A stretch of 64,000 bases of DNA from Candidatus Fermentithermobacillaceae bacterium (lineage in GTDB: Bacteria; Bacillota; Sulfobacillia; Fermentithermobacillales; Fermentithermobacillaceae). Below, piece after piece: positions 8,289 through 17,435 of this stretch. Where the stretch lies: NCBI GenBank assembly GCA_018052475.1, contig JAGPNG010000008.1, positions 11,885 through 75,884 of the forward strand. Direction: 5' to 3'. A program made the position numbers and the translations under genes. Position 1 is the stretch's first letter. Every line of letters begins with the position of its first letter. The notes beneath the pieces are model-generated. The model searched no databases. It was not told where the DNA came from and worked only from the letters and a program-made list of their open reading frames with translations.

Positions 8289-9968
8289 TTACCTATATTC
8301 AAGTTTGCTTGGAAAACCAGTCAGCAGTCTTGTTTTGTCTTGGTCGCTTAGAGTCAGAAACGCCTCGAAGTTGGATAGGCTCACATATGGCAAAGAGAAT
8401 AAGTATTCGGTGAAGGTTTTCCTATCATATCCATATCGTAGCTCCATATCCTCGAGTTTTTTCATCCCATAGTAATAACAGGTGAAGTAACCGATTCTGT
8501 TTTGAGGAAGTTGAGATACGGCTTGCCCTTTGGCGGTTTGATAATCGAAACCTAACTCGTCCATATATAACTTTATGGCATCTTCTAGTGGGCGGCCGAA
8601 ATACTGCATGTAAAGGTCGGCTTTGATCCTGACGGAAGTATGGTGACGCCTATAGGTCACCGCGAGCGGATAGAAAGGATCGTCATCATATATGTACTCC
8701 ATGAGTCTTTCTGTTCGATGACACATGCCTTCTTCCATTGGCACTCTCTTTGCGCCTAACTTCATGGTTTCGGGAAGCGGATCAAGGGTTGTGCGGACCC
8801 ACTGTACATGGTGGCCGGGGTAACATTCGTGCACTGCGTTTATCTTAATCCACCCGTCTGTGACTGCACGGTAGTTTGTGTCATTTAGAAACACTTCGCC
8901 GAGAAGAGGCCTTCTTCTTGGGCACCCGCCGCCATAGCCTCCCCAAGGGTACGTCTCCCTGCATTGTTCATACACAGGGACAACCCTGCAATCTTCTTCA
9001 GGCATGTTAACCCAGTCCCGACACGCTTTCTTGGCTCTGGCTAAATACTTCTTCATCCGGTCGAACATCTCAGTAGGGGAGGCAGCCGGTCCGGCGTACT
9101 TATTCATGATTTCAACTGCGTCAAGGGGCCCTTTTACCACAACGCCCGGAAGATCAAGGTGTGCGGCCGTTTCCACAAACTCCGCCCGGGTCTTTTCCAC
9201 TTCTTCCTCGTACCAATTTAACAATTCGTCTAGACTGACCCCTAGTTCTGTCTCCAAAACAGATCTATACCGTTCGGGACCGGCAGTAGCTATTTTGCCC
9301 TTGTCTTCTTTGTCGGGACGGTTTTCCAAGAGACTTTCTATCTCTTGCGCCCATCTGGAGCTTTTGGCTGCAAAGGTATCCAGCGCGTAAAGGATCTTTT
9401 CCATATCGCCTGCCGATAGACCTTGATACTCTTCTTTAGCCTTAGACTTTTCGATGCTTGCGACTCGAGCCAATAGCGAAGAAGCCGAGCTTGCTTCAAC
9501 AAGTTGAGCGCGCGGACTCGTTTCAAGGATATCTCGAAGCGCAGACCATAACTCGTCCAATAGATCGATTCTTGCCAGCAAGATCTCTAATCGGATTTGT
9601 GGTGGTCTTGAATCTTGACTTCCGAGGAACGTTAGCGAGTGAGTAAGCGACGATATGAACGCAGACGGATACTCGTACATGCCATCTAGATTAGATTTCT
9701 GCCCCTCTATGAAGTCTATTATGTGGCTCCTGAGAAGAGCAAAAACAGGGTCGGGCGCGGCACAGAGGTATGCTTCATGCAATATGTTATCCAATTCCTT
9801 CTCCTCGCGCTGTTTGGCTTCTTTCGTTGGAATGAACAGGTTCATTTCATAGTCGCGGTTATTGCGCAGTCTATCAGATTGAAGGCCGCACCGGTAATCC
9901 AGGTCAATATAGCTTTGGCGAAGATTAGACATGTCCTGGGAACTGTTCTTTCGGTTCAAATGCATCAT
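8289..9968 (-). CDS. Uncharacterised conserved protein, paralog B of 5260-6918.
   Basis: 559 aa; it aligns along its whole length with paralog A, including ETYPWGGYGGGCPRRRPL, AVHECYPGHHVQWVRT, YRRHHTSVRIKADL and GYFTCYYYGMKKL. The start could be one of the adjacent ATGs at 9968 or 9965, downstream of a GAGGTGG SD. Confidence 0.8.
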   Translation of the reverse strand: MMHLNRKNSSQDMSNLRQSYIDLDYRCGLQSDRLRNNRDYEMNLFIPTKEAKQREEKELDNILHEAYLCAAPDPVFALLRSHIIDFIEGQKSNLDGMYEYPSAFISSLTHSLTFLGSQDSRPPQIRLEILLARIDLLDELWSALRDILETSPRAQLVEASSASSLLARVASIEKSKAKEEYQGLSAGDMEKILYALDTFAAKSSRWAQEIESLLENRPDKEDKGKIATAGPERYRSVLETELGVSLDELLNWYEEEVEKTRAEFVETAAHLDLPGVVVKGPLDAVEIMNKYAGPAASPTEMFDRMKKYLARAKKACRDWVNMPEEDCRVVPVYEQCRETYPWGGYGGGCPRRRPLLGEVFLNDTNYRAVTDGWIKINAVHECYPGHHVQWVRTTLDPLPETMKLGAKRVPMEEGMCHRTERLMEYIYDDDPFYPLAVTYRRHHTSVRIKADLYMQYFGRPLEDAIKLYMDELGFDYQTAKGQAVSQLPQNRIGYFTCYYYGMKKLEDMELRYGYDRKTFTEYLFSLPYVSLSNFEAFLTLSDQDKTRLLTGFPSKLEYR

Positions 9969-10148
9969 CCCACCTCAGATTAGTTTTTCTGTCTCTTGCG
10001 ATGAAGTCTTTTGTATGACGAATATGAGAACTTTGTCATATCATCAGACATCAATCTACGAATTCTACATTGAGATTCGGAACCCTCTTTTGAGGAGTAA
10101 ACTCTTGCAAAGTTATATGTTTTATCGCTAGATGGTAGAATAGAGGAG

Positions 10149-11708
10149 ATGACGAATCCGGGGGTGAGACTAGCGTTGGATACAGTCGTTTACAAGGTAG
10201 ACCCTTTGCACCCTGATGAAGAGATAATCTCCAAATGCGCAGAGGTGATTTTGCGGGGGGGCCTGGTAGCGTTTCCCACTGAGACAGTCTATGGGATCGG
10301 CGGAAACGGTCTCGATCCGGTTGCTGTAGCAAAGATATTCGAGGCTAAAGGGAGGCCCCCAGATAACCCGCTGATACTGCACGTTTCGCGGCCCGAAAGC
10401 GTTGAGGCGTTAGTCGAGGAGATTCCGCCGGAAGCGGTCAGATTAATGGAGATGTTCTGGCCCGGTCCTCTTACGCTTATTCTTCCTAAATCTCATCTGG
10501 TGCCTTCAATAGTTACCGGAGGTTTGCCTACTGTGGCAGTCAGGATGCCGGATCATCCTGTAGCGCAGAAACTCATTGATGCTTGCGGCGTACCATTGGC
10601 AGCTCCCTCTGCGAATATATCGGGAAGACCCAGCGCTACGTCTGCTGAAGACGTGTTGGCGGATTTAAACGGCAAAGTGGATATCATTCTTGATGCAGGA
10701 CCTACTGAAATTGGCATAGAGTCGACGTTGGTGGATCTTTCTGGCGATGTTCCCAGAGTGAACAGACCCGGTGGATTGAACCTACAGAGCATTAGGGAGG
10801 TTCTTGAGACTGCCGATGTCGCTCCTCAGCCAAAATATAGACATTATGTTCCTGACAGTGACCTTTATCTTGTCACCGGTGATTTGATGCAACAGAGAAG
10901 AAAGTCGATATTCCATGCGATAAGGTTCATTGGTTCAGGTAAGAAAGTAGTCATTTTGGCGTCTGACGAAAATGCGCCGTTTTATGTTCCGTTCCAGAAG
11001 GTATTTGGCGATGACCGTATGCAGGTGATACCGCTGGGTTCCAGATGCGATCTTTCACCTGTAGCCGCAAAACTGTATTCAAGCCTTAGGCGCGCTTCAA
11101 ATGAATTGGGCGCAGATGTAATCTTATCGGAAACATTTCCCGAAGAAGGCATCGGTTTTGCCATTTCCAACAGATTAGAAATGGCAAGCGAAGGCAGGGT
11201 AGTCCCTTGGTTCGACTCGGCGTCAGACTATCAGCCCGCGCCACTTGCGATACTCATGGTCTGCTCCGGAAATACATGCAGAAGCCCAATGGCGGAAGGG
11301 CTTCTTAGGCGTCTGTGGAAAGATATAGGTGAGCCATATCCCATTCATGTTGCATCTGCCGGTGTATCGGCTATACCGGGGCTTCCGGCGTCGAGAGAGG
11401 CGATAGAAGTTATGGCCAAAAGAGGGGTAGACCTTTCATACCATAGGTCTAAGGCTTTAGAAATTGAAGATGTAAAAAGGGCAGATCTGGTTATAACGAT
11501 GACAAAGGCGCACAAAGCGGTCTTGGTATTGAGTTACCCTGAATTCTCTCACAAAGTGTTTACCCTATCGGAGATGATTTCTGATAGGGATTTAAGCGAT
11601 GTCCCTGATCCTTTTGGACAAGATTTGGAGATGTATGAGCGTACGGCAGATCTTCTCGAACAAAGCCTCCTGGTATTGGCAAAGAGGTTGGCGGGGTTGG
11701 ACGTTTGA
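10149..11708 (+). CDS. Fusion protein: L-threonylcarbamoyladenylate synthase (TsaC/Sua5/YwlC type) fused to a low-molecular-weight protein (Tyr/Arg) phosphatase (YwlE-like).
   Basis: N-terminal YrdC domain (GGLVAFPTETVYGIGGN, ILHVS) and a Sua5-type middle domain. The C-terminal approximately 160 aa begin ILMVCSGNTCRSPMAEGL, which is the CX4CR(S/T) P-loop of LMW-PTP / arginine phosphatase. A single uninterrupted 519-aa ORF. Confidence 0.8.
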   Translation: MTNPGVRLALDTVVYKVDPLHPDEEIISKCAEVILRGGLVAFPTETVYGIGGNGLDPVAVAKIFEAKGRPPDNPLILHVSRPESVEALVEEIPPEAVRLMEMFWPGPLTLILPKSHLVPSIVTGGLPTVAVRMPDHPVAQKLIDACGVPLAAPSANISGRPSATSAEDVLADLNGKVDIILDAGPTEIGIESTLVDLSGDVPRVNRPGGLNLQSIREVLETADVAPQPKYRHYVPDSDLYLVTGDLMQQRRKSIFHAIRFIGSGKKVVILASDENAPFYVPFQKVFGDDRMQVIPLGSRCDLSPVAAKLYSSLRRASNELGADVILSETFPEEGIGFAISNRLEMASEGRVVPWFDSASDYQPAPLAILMVCSGNTCRSPMAEGLLRRLWKDIGEPYPIHVASAGVSAIPGLPASREAIEVMAKRGVDLSYHRSKALEIEDVKRADLVITMTKAHKAVLVLSYPEFSHKVFTLSEMISDRDLSDVPDPFGQDLEMYERTADLLEQSLLVLAKRLAGLDV

Positions 11709-11727
11709 GAACAAAGGGTGTGAGGGT

Positions 11728-12882
11728 ATGAGACAGTTAAATGAGAGAGATCTCGTTGCTGCGGTTTGGGGCGGGGCGGTTTTGGGGGGCGGCGGAGGTG
11801 GTTCGCCTGAAGCAGGTTACCGCCTTGGGAAAAAAGGTTTGGAGATTGGGCGCGTGCTTTTGGCCGACGTAGACGAACTAGATGCTGATGACCTAGTCGT
11901 AACAGCGGGTTTGGTAGGTTCTCCAAAGAAAGGCGGCCTTGGACCTGCAGCCGAATCTTACGTAGATGCCTTTTCTTTTTTCCGACATGTCACAGGGGCA
12001 AGGATTTCTGCTATAAACTCTAACGAGTGCGGAGGTCTTGCAACTGTGAACGGGTGGCTTCAAGCTGCAGGTCTGGGCGTTCCGGTTCTGGATGCCCCGT
12101 GCAATGGGCGCGCTCATCCTACTGCCCTTATGGGAGCTATGGGATTGCACAAAGATCCGTCATATGTATCGAAGCAGGTGGCAATAGGAGATGGATCTCG
12201 GATGTATGTAGAGGGTCCGCTTGGGGATGCGTCTTCAATGGTTAGAGAGTTTTCCAAAAAAGACGGTCTTGTGGCAGTAGCCAGAAATCCTGTTAGCATC
12301 GGCTATGTGAAGCGAAATGCAGCATGTGGCGGAATATCAAAATGCATTGACCTTGGCTATGCAATGGCAGCTCATGTTCAAGAAGAACTAGGTTTTGATC
12401 CGCTTAAGCCTCAATACGTTGGAGGGTCACGAGAGTACCCTTTGGCCGGGTATTTTGCGTCGAGCATGGCTGCGATGGTGCTCGGTGGGGTGATTACCCT
12501 GATGGGCCAGGTAAAGGCGGTAGACATATCTACAAGAGGCGGTTTTGACGTAGGAGAGGTTGAGGTGGCATCTTTCGAGACTAAAAACGGCAACGGAACT
12601 ACTGCGCATTTAACTTTCATGAACGAGTATCTATCATATGGCCTAAAGGGGCATGTCATATTCAGTTTCCCTGACTTGGTTGCAGTGATGGATATGCATA
12701 CGGGGTGGCCTATATCCTCTGCGGACATAAAAGAGGGTATGGAGGTCATCGTTTTCGGTGTCCCATCAGATAATTTGATACTTGGGGCAGGCATGTATGA
12801 TAAAGAACTTTACAAGCCTCTTGAGGAGGCGACAGCCTTAACTTTTAACCTTCCTGTTTCAAAGAGGAGGTCAGACACATGA
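11728..12882 (+). CDS. Conserved hypothetical protein of unknown function, with a Gly-rich motif; possibly a DUF917 / S-Me-THD-like fold.
   Basis: 384 aa from the ATG at 11728, which has an SD GAGGGT; MRQLNERDLVAAVWGGAVLGGGGGGSPEAGY... I do not recognise a characterised family. The stop overlaps the rpiB start (ATGA). Confidence 0.7.
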   Translation: MRQLNERDLVAAVWGGAVLGGGGGGSPEAGYRLGKKGLEIGRVLLADVDELDADDLVVTAGLVGSPKKGGLGPAAESYVDAFSFFRHVTGARISAINSNECGGLATVNGWLQAAGLGVPVLDAPCNGRAHPTALMGAMGLHKDPSYVSKQVAIGDGSRMYVEGPLGDASSMVREFSKKDGLVAVARNPVSIGYVKRNAACGGISKCIDLGYAMAAHVQEELGFDPLKPQYVGGSREYPLAGYFASSMAAMVLGGVITLMGQVKAVDISTRGGFDVGEVEVASFETKNGNGTTAHLTFMNEYLSYGLKGHVIFSFPDLVAVMDMHTGWPISSADIKEGMEVIVFGVPSDNLILGAGMYDKELYKPLEEATALTFNLPVSKRRSDT

Positions 12883-13322
12883 AAATCGCGTTGGGAAGTG
12901 ACCATGCCGGTTACGCTCTCAAAAGAAAGATCAAGGAATTTGCAGAAGATTTGGGCCATGAAATAGTTGACTTGGGGCCCTATGATGAAGAATCAGTCGA
13001 TTACCCTGACTACGCAGCGAAAGTTGCACGAGCCGTAAGGGATGGTGAATTTGACCGCGGTATTTTAGTCTGTGGTACCGGGCTGGGAATGGCCATTGCG
13101 GCTAACAAGGTCAAGGGGATACGGGCTGTTACATGCGGTGACACGTTTTCGGCTAGGGCATCTAGAGAACACAACGATGCAAATGTTCTTTGCCTTGGCG
13201 CCAGAGTAATCGGCGAAGGTTTGGCGATGGATATCGTCGCTACGTGGCTCGAATCTTGCTTTGCAGGCGGGCGACACAAGAGGCGTGTTGATAAAATTAT
13301 CGAACTGGAAGAGGTAATGTAA
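12879..13322 (+). CDS. rpiB: Ribose-5-phosphate isomerase B (RpiB/LacAB family).
   Basis: MKIALGSDHAGYALKRKI... VCGTGLGMAIAANK, the canonical RpiB motifs; 147 aa. Confidence 0.9.
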   Translation: MKIALGSDHAGYALKRKIKEFAEDLGHEIVDLGPYDEESVDYPDYAAKVARAVRDGEFDRGILVCGTGLGMAIAANKVKGIRAVTCGDTFSARASREHNDANVLCLGARVIGEGLAMDIVATWLESCFAGGRHKRRVDKIIELEEVM

Positions 13323-13323
13323 G

Positions 13324-14001
13324 GTGAGCGAGAATTTCAAAGATTGGCCCGATGGTAAAGTATACGCAAAAGATGCAGAAGAAAGGCTTACTTACCAAGA
13401 AGCTTTTCTGGAGGAGAACATCAGTCTAGAAAGTATCCATGATGATACGAAAAAACTTGTAGGCGAGCTTTTGGATTCGGCCAACCTAAAACCCGGCAAT
13501 ATCTTGGTTTTGGGTTGCTCGACGAGTGAAGTTCAGGGCAAGAGAATTGGCTCTTACGGCAATACCGATGTCGCTAAGGCGATCTTAGAAGCAGTGCGCG
13601 CTTTATTATCCGAATCGGGCGTGTTCTTAGCGGTCCAGTGTTGTGAGCATCTTAACAGGTCTTTGGTAGTTGAAAGAAAGGTACTCGACAAGTACGGTCT
13701 TACTGAAGTCACCGTGCTTCCTGTGCCCCACGCGGGAGGAGCCGCGGCTTTTACCGCGATGCGGTTGTTTGAAGATCCCGTTGTAGTCGAATCCATCCAG
13801 GCACATGCCGGGGTTGATATTGGAGATACCTTTATAGGTATGCATCTAAAGCCTGTGGTTGTTCCTGTTCGGTTGTCAGTTAAGTCGATTGGTTTTGCTC
13901 ACGTTACTGCGGCGAGGACGAGACCCAAGCTTGTAGGTGGCAAGCGCGCTGTGTACGATCGAGAAGAATTTGAAAAGTGGGTTAAGGGGGAGCGCCGGTA
14001 G
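13324..14001 (+). CDS. ywlG: UPF0340 / DUF436 family protein (YwlG-like).
   Basis: Position directly after rpiB, as in B. subtilis ywlF-ywlG. It has the conserved [10 protein letters not shown] and VQCCEHLNR blocks typical of the DUF436 family. Confidence 0.65.
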   Translation: MSENFKDWPDGKVYAKDAEERLTYQEAFLEENISLESIHDDTKKLVGELLDSANLKPGNILVLGCSTSEVQGKRIGSYGNTDVAKAILEAVRALLSESGVFLAVQCCEHLNRSLVVERKVLDKYGLTEVTVLPVPHAGGAAAFTAMRLFEDPVVVESIQAHAGVDIGDTFIGMHLKPVVVPVRLSVKSIGFAHVTAARTRPKLVGGKRAVYDREEFEKWVKGERR

Positions 14002-14060
14002 TAATAGATAGGCTCTCATATCGTGCGGTGATGCCGGATAAGGAACTTGGAGGAATGTTT

Positions 14061-14546
14061 ATGAGTCAAAGTAAAGACACCCGCAGATCAAACAGACCCG
14101 GGTGGGATGAGTACTTTATGCAGGTAGCAGATGTTGTATCTAGGCGTTCTACCTGCATACGGCGAAACGTAGGAGCGGTCATAGTGAAAGACAAGCGGAT
14201 CCTTGCGACAGGGTATAACGGTGCTCCAAGCGGTCTGGCGCACTGTGCTGATGTGGGGTGTCTTCGCGAGGAATTGGGAATTCCATCAGGTGAGAGGCAT
14301 GAGATTTGCCGAGGGCTTCACGCTGAACAAAATGCTATTATCCAGGCAGCGAAGTATGGGATAGCTATTGAGGGCTCAACTATTTACTGCACAGTTGAAC
14401 CGTGCAGTTTGTGCACAAAGATGCTCATAAACTCTAAAATAGTGCGAATCGTCTACAAGGAACCGTATCCTGATGATCTTGCGCGGAGGCTTCTGGCTGA
14501 GTCGAAAGTGACTGTAGAACATTTCGTGGTGCCCGATATCAATTGA
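14061..14546 (+). CDS. dCMP (deoxycytidylate) deaminase, ComEB-like.
   Basis: WDEYFM N-terminus, Zn-binding HAEQNAI and PCSLC motifs. The start was set at the ATG at 14061, 7 nt after a GGAGG SD. Confidence 0.8.
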   Translation: MSQSKDTRRSNRPGWDEYFMQVADVVSRRSTCIRRNVGAVIVKDKRILATGYNGAPSGLAHCADVGCLREELGIPSGERHEICRGLHAEQNAIIQAAKYGIAIEGSTIYCTVEPCSLCTKMLINSKIVRIVYKEPYPDDLARRLLAESKVTVEHFVVPDIN

Positions 14547-14629
14547 CTTGCGTACATTGGTTTGGTTAGAATTAATGACGGTTAGTTGGCACTGAAAAGG
14601 CGAATCCGGAAGTTGAAAGGGGTAGGCAA

Positions 14630-15781
14630 GTGAATGTCTTTTTTAGCTTCGTGATAGCGTTTGTGTTGGCGCTTACCCTTACGCCGCTTTTTCGAAGCCT
14701 GGCGCACAGATTGGGCGTTTTATCATATCCGAATGAGCGAAGCGTGCACAAAAAACCCATACCGTACTTTGGCGGGATAGCGATATACATTTCGTCTGTT
14801 GTAGCCATCTTAGCTATTGGCCCTCAAGACAAGTCTACCCAACAAGGCATAATATGGGGCGGACTCATCATACTTATAGTGGGAATACTAGACGATCTTT
14901 ATACACTCAAACCATGGCAAAAAGTCCTAGGGCAATTGGCATCTGCAATATGTGTAGTTGCCTTGGGGGTTGATATAACCTTCATAAAAGATCCTTTTAC
15001 AGGAATGTTCCGATTCTTGGGCATCCTCGCAGTTCCTGTAACTATTATGTGGGTGATATGTTTTGAAAATGTGATAAATCTCTCTGATGGACTCGATGGT
15101 CTCGCGGCCGGGCTATCGGGCATTGCCGCATTGGTGACAGTCTTTGCGTCGACTAAGGCTGGTCTGCCTGCGGTTAGTCTTGCTGCGGCTGCGGTGGCAG
15201 GCAGCGTGTTTGGGTTTTTGCCATATAATTTCCATCCCGCGTCTATTTTCATGGGGGACGCTGGGGCGATGTACCTTGGATTGGTACTATCAGTGATCTC
15301 TGTTCAGGGTCTGGTCAAGTCCACAATCGTTCTATCGGTCTTGGGGCCGATTCTTGCGCTTTTGGTGCCCATATCAGATGCTGCATTTGCGATAGTGAGG
15401 AGGCGGGCTTCGGGAAAACCTGTTTCCAGCGCAGACCATGATCACATACATCACCGCCTGCTCGATTTAGGGCTAGATCATCGCCAAGCCGTGCTTGCCA
15501 TATACTTGGTATCAGGGGTCTTCGGAGTGCTTGGCCTGTCCTCAACATTTCTTCCGGTCAAAAGCAGCACCACCATTGCAGGGCTTGCAGTAGTAGGGCT
15601 GTTTATTGTAGCTCAAAAAATCGGTATTTTATCTGTTCCTGGGTCTAAACGCAAAGCCAAAGGATCCTGTGCTGAGCTGAAGTCGGGCCGTGGGCAGAGT
15701 GCTGCTTCGGCAAACAAGCAATCGCCGAGCAAATCTGTTGCGTCGCCCGATGTCCTAGGCGTCAAGTCGCCTCGGAAGTGA
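14630..15781 (+). CDS. tagO: UDP-GlcNAc:undecaprenyl-phosphate GlcNAc-1-phosphate transferase (TagO/WecA, MraY-like glycosyltransferase family 4).
   Basis: Polytopic membrane protein with NVINLSDGLDGLAAG and YFGGIAIY motifs characteristic of WecA/TagO. GTG start after an AAAGGGG SD. Confidence 0.85.
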   Translation: MNVFFSFVIAFVLALTLTPLFRSLAHRLGVLSYPNERSVHKKPIPYFGGIAIYISSVVAILAIGPQDKSTQQGIIWGGLIILIVGILDDLYTLKPWQKVLGQLASAICVVALGVDITFIKDPFTGMFRFLGILAVPVTIMWVICFENVINLSDGLDGLAAGLSGIAALVTVFASTKAGLPAVSLAAAAVAGSVFGFLPYNFHPASIFMGDAGAMYLGLVLSVISVQGLVKSTIVLSVLGPILALLVPISDAAFAIVRRRASGKPVSSADHDHIHHRLLDLGLDHRQAVLAIYLVSGVFGVLGLSSTFLPVKSSTTIAGLAVVGLFIVAQKIGILSVPGSKRKAKGSCAELKSGRGQSAASANKQSPSKSVASPDVLGVKSPRK

Positions 15782-15841
15782 AAGCAAGAGAGTGGATTTG
15801 ACTTACGGTATTCGGAACCGTCTGAAAGGTGCGAGTGGGTT

Positions 15842-17032
15842 TTGTCTTTGAAGCAGATTAAGGTTTTGTCGGTGTTTGGTACGCGTCCGGAGGCAATCAA
15901 GATGGCGCCGGTAGTGCTCGAACTATCGCAAAAATCCCCTCTTATCGTCTCTAAAGTTCTGGTTACCGCGCAGCATCGTGAAATGCTGGACCAAGTCATA
16001 GAACACTTCGGGATAAAGACAGACTATGATCTGGATATTATGCATGAACGCCAAACCTTACAGGAAACTACAACTCGGGTACTCGAGAGGCTCACCCCCA
16101 TCTTGAAGAAAGAAAGCCCCGATATCATACTAGTGCACGGTGATACAACTACCACCGCGGCTAGCGCGCTTACTGCGTATTATGAGAGAATTGCCTGTGG
16201 TCATGTAGAGGCAGGACTTAGGACTGGAGACAAATATGCTCCTTTTCCAGAGGAGATCAATAGAAGAATCGCAGGGATAATATCTGACGTCCATTTTGCC
16301 CCTACAAAACGTGCGAAAGAGAATCTACTGAGGGAAGGGGTAAAAGAAGAGTCAGTGTTTGTAACAGGAAATACCGCCATCGATGCCCTTTTCATGACAG
16401 TCAGAGATGATTACGTTTTCAAGAATGCAAAACTCGGTTCGATTTATGATAATACAAATGCAGAATATGGAGAATCTATTCGTGATATAGTGATTGAAGT
16501 GCATCGCAGAGAGAATTTTGGGGAAGGCATGGAAAACATTTGCCAAGCTCTTGCGGATATAGCGAAAAAAAGAAATGGGGATGTACGTCTTTTGGTCTCG
16601 GTACATAAAAACCAACAGGCCCGAGAGCCTGTTTTGCGCTATTTGCGCGGAATAGATAATGTAGTCTTGTTTGAGCCTTTGAACTACGCGGATTACGTCA
16701 ATCTTGTAAATCGTGCGTATTTGGTGGTTTCAGATTCCGGTGGTATTCAAGAAGAGGCTCCTGCTCTTGGAGTTCCGGTTATCGTGTGTCGCGAGAAGAC
16801 TGAGCGTCCTGAAGCCGTGGAGGCCGGAACTGTGGCGCTTGTCGGGACTTCAAAGAGTCTTATTGCAGATACAATTGAGGAACTGTTAGAGGATAATGAA
16901 AAGTACACCCAAATGGCTACGGCCAAGAGTCCTTTTGGCGACGGGCAAGCTTCGCGTAGGATTGTCGAGGCTTTGATGTATCATTTTGGTCTTTCCGACG
17001 AGAGGCCAGACGAATTCGAGACTTTTTTGTAA
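15842..17032 (+). CDS. mnaA: UDP-N-acetylglucosamine 2-epimerase, non-hydrolysing (MnaA/WecB).
   Basis: VLSVFGTRPEAIKMAPV N-terminus, HVEAGLRT and DSGGIQEEAP motifs. Confidence 0.85.
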   Translation: MSLKQIKVLSVFGTRPEAIKMAPVVLELSQKSPLIVSKVLVTAQHREMLDQVIEHFGIKTDYDLDIMHERQTLQETTTRVLERLTPILKKESPDIILVHGDTTTTAASALTAYYERIACGHVEAGLRTGDKYAPFPEEINRRIAGIISDVHFAPTKRAKENLLREGVKEESVFVTGNTAIDALFMTVRDDYVFKNAKLGSIYDNTNAEYGESIRDIVIEVHRRENFGEGMENICQALADIAKKRNGDVRLLVSVHKNQQAREPVLRYLRGIDNVVLFEPLNYADYVNLVNRAYLVVSDSGGIQEEAPALGVPVIVCREKTERPEAVEAGTVALVGTSKSLIADTIEELLEDNEKYTQMATAKSPFGDGQASRRIVEALMYHFGLSDERPDEFETFL

Positions 17033-17072
17033 GGGAGGGAACCGCGCAGTAGCGTAGATTGCGCGGGATTTC

Positions 17073-17390
17073 GTGGCCAGGAAAGAATTTGATCTCATAC
17101 TTGAAGCGGAGAAAAAGGCAGAAGACGAGATTGAACAAGCTAAGAAAACTGCCCAGCAAATATTAGAAGATGCGACTGCGAAGGCGGAAGAAATAATAGC
17201 CAATGCAACAAAAGATGCCGAAAGCAAGGCTAATGCGATCATTGAGAAAGCTAAGAGGAACGCAGACCTTATCGCTGATTCTGCGGCAAAGAATGCAGAC
17301 GCTGAAATCGAGGAGATGAAGGCTGAGGCTATGAGCCGATTTGAAAAGGCAGTTAGCTTCGTCATAGAGCAGGTAAAGAAAGCGGTTTGA
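17073..17390 (+). CDS. V/A-type ATPase small peripheral-stalk subunit (G/H, Enterococcus NtpF-like).
   Basis: 105-aa, highly charged Ala/Lys/Glu-rich helical protein placed first in the V-ATPase operon. Confidence 0.6.
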   Translation: MARKEFDLILEAEKKAEDEIEQAKKTAQQILEDATAKAEEIIANATKDAESKANAIIEKAKRNADLIADSAAKNADAEIEEMKAEAMSRFEKAVSFVIEQVKKAV

Positions 17391-17435
17391 AGGGAGGGAA
17401 CTGTAGGCTCGTATGTGTAAGCTTGCAGTGCGATT

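Noticed and set aside
10105-10141. Candidate promoter: TTGCAA with an extended -10 TGgTAGAAT just upstream of tsaC.
   Set aside because: The spacing between the -35 and -10 elements is about 25 nt, and the -10 abuts the annotated start codon. It is not convincing enough to call.
11770-11810. G-rich simple repeat (ggggcggggcgg...ggcggcggaggtgg).
   Set aside because: It encodes the poly-Gly loop (GGGGGG) of the 11728-12882 protein. It is not a noncoding repeat or a G-quadruplex element of evident function.
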